Source of the DNA: Prorocentrum cordatum
Lineage: Eukaryota
NCBI GenBank assembly: GCA_963575745.1
Contig: CAUYUJ010000248.1
Coordinates: 62,001 to 126,000 of the forward strand
Direction: 5' to 3'
DNA: 64,000 bases
Shown here: piece by piece, positions 60,097-64,000 of the stretch
Layout of the letters: each line of letters opens with the position of its first letter
Numbering within the stretch: position 1 is the stretch's first letter
The notes under the pieces: model-generated
Told to the model about the DNA's origin: nothing
Seen by the model: only the letters and a program-made list of their open reading frames with translations
The model's database searches: none
Position numbers and translations under genes: made by a program

Positions 60097-60604
60097 CTGA
60101 TGATGAGGTTGATGATGATGCTGTTGATGGTGATGATGGTGATGATGATGATGGTGTCCCAATGATGGTGATGATGATGGTGATGATGATGACGATCATG
60201 ATGTCCCGATGATGAAGATGATGTTGATGATAAGGATGATGATGAGGTGGTGATGATGATTGTGATGATGGTGGCCCGATGATGATGGTAATGTTGATGA
60301 TGATGATGGTGTCCCGATGATGATTATGATGGTGATGATGATGGTGACGATGATGATGGTGTCCTGCTGATGATGACGTTGATGATGATGTCCCGATGAT
60401 GACGATGATGTTGATGATGTTGTTCATGCTGATGTTGAGATGATGATGGTGGTGTTCCGATGCTGATGATGATGATGGTGTCCCGATGGTGATGATGTTG
60501 TTGATGATGATGATGGTGACGATGATGGTGGCCCGATGATGATGGTGATGATGATGATGTCGATGATGATGGTGATGGGGTGATGATGATGATGATGGTG
60601 CCCC

Positions 60605-60641
<37 letters not shown>

Positions 60642-60930
60642 TTGATGACGATGATGACGATGATGTTGATGATAATGATGACGCTGATTGTGAGATCGAT
60701 TGTGATATCGATAGTGAGATCGATCGTTAGACCGAGTGTGAGATCGATTGTGATATCGATAGTGAGATCGATAGTGAGATCCACTGTGATATCGATAGTC
60801 AGATCTATTGTGAGATCGATCAAAAAATATATCGAGTGAGATCGATTGTGAGATCGATCAAGGGAAATCGACCGAGCGAGACCGATAGTGATATCGATAG
60901 TGATATCGATGGTGAGACCGATCGAGTGAG
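59440..60930. repeat. Composite repeat: two ~78-bp units, (GAT)n punctuated by ggtgtccc, and a 12-bp gagatcgat(t/a)gt array
   Basis: Direct. Confidence 0.85.
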
Positions 60931-61329
60931 ACGTTGGTTCCTCCCCCCCCGAACCTCCTTATCACTCGAAGGCTGGTTGTATAGGTAGAATATTGGCTCC
61001 TGTTCTTTATGTCCGGGACATTATGAAGTAGGAAACATAATGTTCTGGGAATGACAAACGCGGGCTTATTAATTCCAGAATGATAATAATAGAGCGGTGG
61101 GGAGGCGCCTGAGAAGAGGGTCTGGACTGGGCACAAGCCTGATTGATTATGTCGGAATAGTGATCACGGATTCATTAGTACGGAATGATGATAATGCGGC
61201 GAGGGGTGGGGAACCGATCCATCCACAGGACACCCTTCCTTTGAGAGCTATCATCTCAAGTCAATCAACCTAGGTTTATTATTCCTCGATCATGAGCCAC
61301 GGCCGACGAGGATTTCACAGGTGTCCTCC

Positions 61330-61975
61330 CTAACTCACACGGTGCTGAGCGCACCCCAGTGCTTAACTCACCCAGCTAGTGCCAAACTCACCCAGTGCCT
61401 AACTCACCCAGTGCCTAAATCAACAAGTGCCTAACTTACCCGGTGCCTAGCTCACCCGGTACCTAAGGCACCGTGTGCCTAACTCACCCGGTGCCGAACT
61501 CACCTGGCCTGTAACTCACCCAGTGCCTAAATCAACCAGTGCCTCACCTGGTACCGAACTCACCCAGTGCCTAAGTCACTGTGTGCCTAACTCACCCAGT
61601 GCCTAACTCACCTGGCTTCAAATTCACTGGGTGCCGAATTCACCTGGTCGCTAACTCACCTGGTACCTAATTCTCCTGGTGCCTGATTCAATCGACGCCT
61701 AATTGATCCCGGGCCTACTTCGCCCAACGCCTACGTCACCCAATGCCTGCCTCACCCGCTGCTTAACTCACCTGGTGTCCAGTTCACCCGGTGCTTAACT
61801 CATCCGGTGCTTAACTCACCCGGTGCTTAATTCATCCGTCCCCAAATCACCCAGTGTTTAATTCACCCGGTGCCTAATGCACCCGATGCCTAACTCACCA
61901 AGCGCCTAATCCACCTGGTGTCGAATTTTCCCAGCTTGCCTCACCTGGTGCTTCACTTGGCTTACTCACCCGGTC
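61330..61975 (+). repeat. 16-bp minisatellite (cctaactcacccagtg)
   Basis: Direct. Confidence 0.85.
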
Positions 61976-64000
61976 GCGATCCACTTGGGCCGAGGATCGG
62001 GTGAATCGAAGCGGGTGAATCTCGCGATCGGGTGAAAAAGCTTGTCTCTGGGGTCGAATTAAACTTGCTTCGACCTTGCTATTAGCTAGCAGCCAAAACT
62101 GCGCTTAAGCTCGCCCAGCTCGCCTTGAATTATTGGTTCCTGGGTGCGTTTTGATGGTTTGTCGGTTGTCTTTCTTCGTAGCTTGCTTTGAACTTGCTTG
62201 AACCTATCCAAGTACCACTGCTGACTCTGGCGCTGGCGTTGAGTTGTATGCGGCGCCCACCCACCCCCCCGCCTGCTGGCGACCCCCTCCGCCAACTGAG
62301 AAGGCCCTGGCTGCTGTTACGCGCCTCGGCCTACTATCCGGCAGCCTTGTAATCGCGGCCGCCCAGACAGTTGAGCACGCCGAGGCGCTGGATCGGGAAG
62401 TTTGGCATCCTGGTGCTCTTCTTCGCCTCGCCCGCGATCGGCTCGCTGCTCGGCGGGCAGAGTTCGAGAGGATGCGGCTGGACATCATGCAGGGAATCGG
62501 GGCTGTTAAGAAGGCCGAAGCTACAACTGAGCTTCAGGCTGTCAAGCAGGCCGAAGCCATCAGGCCATTGCAGAGGCAAAGCAGAGGCGACGCTGCACAG
62601 GCGAAGCAGAGGTAAAGCAAAGGCTAGCTAGTGGCGGCCATGGCAGCCATGTCTCAGTATCGTCAGAGCCTTCCCAACCCCCACTGGGACAGAGTAGTTT
62701 AGCTCTCCTAGCGTGCCCCCTCTAAGTGGGGATGGGCGCCGCAATGCCCCGAAGGAGACGGCAGCTGTCCCCTCATGGGTGGAGTAGATCGGCCGGCGGG
62801 GCCAAGGCATCCCTGGGGGGGGTGGGGATGGTTTTCTTGTCCAGAATGGCGCTGTAGTCCACGAATTCGCACAGCGGGTATCCGCGGCTTCGGCAGGCGG
62901 TTCCCCGTCTCCGTTCAGCGCTCGCAGCCCTCGGCGCCGACTCCATGGCTCTCCTGCGCTTCAGCCTGCAGTTGGCCGGCCTGCACCTGGGCCTACAGGG
63001 CCATGGGCGCGCCCTCCTAGAAGCTGGCTCCGGCGTCGGACACAGCCTGCTGCCCCGGATGCATCATCCCGACTGGGGGAGTGGCGGAGCCACCGCACCG
63101 CTGCGCGTGGTGGAGTGGCAGTTCGCCGCCGTCAGCGGCCCCATACAGACCACGCTCCTAACGGCCACGCCTTTGGAGGGCAGCATGGCGCCTGTTGCGG
63201 CACACTCCTTGCCCGCCCCCTGCCTCTGATGGGCGCGATCCCCCCCTCCCAACCCAAGCTCAGCTCGGGGCCACGAGGTCGTGGTCGTGGGGGACGTGGT
63301 GGCGTGCATGTCGTTTAGGAGTTGTTCTGGGGAGCTGGCACCAGGGAATATCGATTGCGACCCTCGCTGCCGCGGGAGTCCGATCGCAAGCATCGCCACG
63401 ACTGGATGGAGATCTGGAGAGGTCCAAGATGGTCACCCTCGAACCCCGGCTGCTAGGGGCATCTAGCATGGCAGTGCATTGACTTCTCCTTGCGCCTAGC
63501 CGCTGGCACGGCGGGCACGAGGATGCCCCAGAACGTATGCCACCTCAGGGGCTGCTGGACGTCAAGGGTGACGACTTCGCTGTGCTCATCTGGAGGAACC
63601 TGAACGGTGTGGCGACCACACCGTTTGGTGAGCCAGTGGGGATTAGGGGTGGCCGCACGGTTTTGAGACTCAGGTCGTTCTCCGATGTCTCGGGCGATTG
63701 GGGCGTCCAGGGTCCACAAACCGTACGGTGACGAACCCTGCGGTGAGATCTCTTGGGATTTCGACGTCACCGCACCGTTTGTCACCTCACCGTTTTGGGA
63801 CCTCTAATGCTCAATTGAGTGGGCGGTATTTGGCGGGTCTGCCCCGACGGTCGCGCCTTCCTTGTTGCAAGGGTGATGCGACAATTCGACCAGCGCGGCG
63901 AAGCGCACATGCCCACCTCCAGCAAAAAGGAAGGTTATGTTGCCCGATGTCCTAGTGGGGCGTGAAGCGAGAGCGATAGAGCTGGTATCCATGACGATGG

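Noticed and set aside
62244..63730. Short ORFs near the window end, possibly TE-derived
   Set aside because: No recognisable motif; fragmented

Overview
GC-rich, repeat-dominated eukaryotic DNA, almost certainly from a dinoflagellate: it carries a perfect 22-nt dinoflagellate spliced leader, and the composition resembles Prorocentrum (genus is inference). It is a nested transposon landscape with one clear host-type gene. (1) A head-to-tail array of composite elements built from a 90-bp satellite, (GAT)n and asymmetric subterminal inverted repeats, resembling non-autonomous Helentrons (723-17329). (2) A DIRS-order tyrosine-recombinase retrotransposon with split direct repeats A1..B1-A2-B2, inserted at an ATG in (GAT)n and carrying a C5-DNA-methyltransferase remnant (8243-15122). 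(3) A full-length LINE with RNase H, poly(A), a 19-bp TSD and a spliced leader as its 5' end (17929-25246, minus). (4) A two-exon gene fusing a uracil-DNA-glycosylase-like domain to an R-S-E ADP-ribosyltransferase (31912-35124), the most novel-looking item. (5) A decayed Penelope-like element with an apparent N-terminal GIY-YIG domain, further LINE relics, a MITE, and many micro/minisatellites. All domain calls are from motifs read by eye, not database searches.
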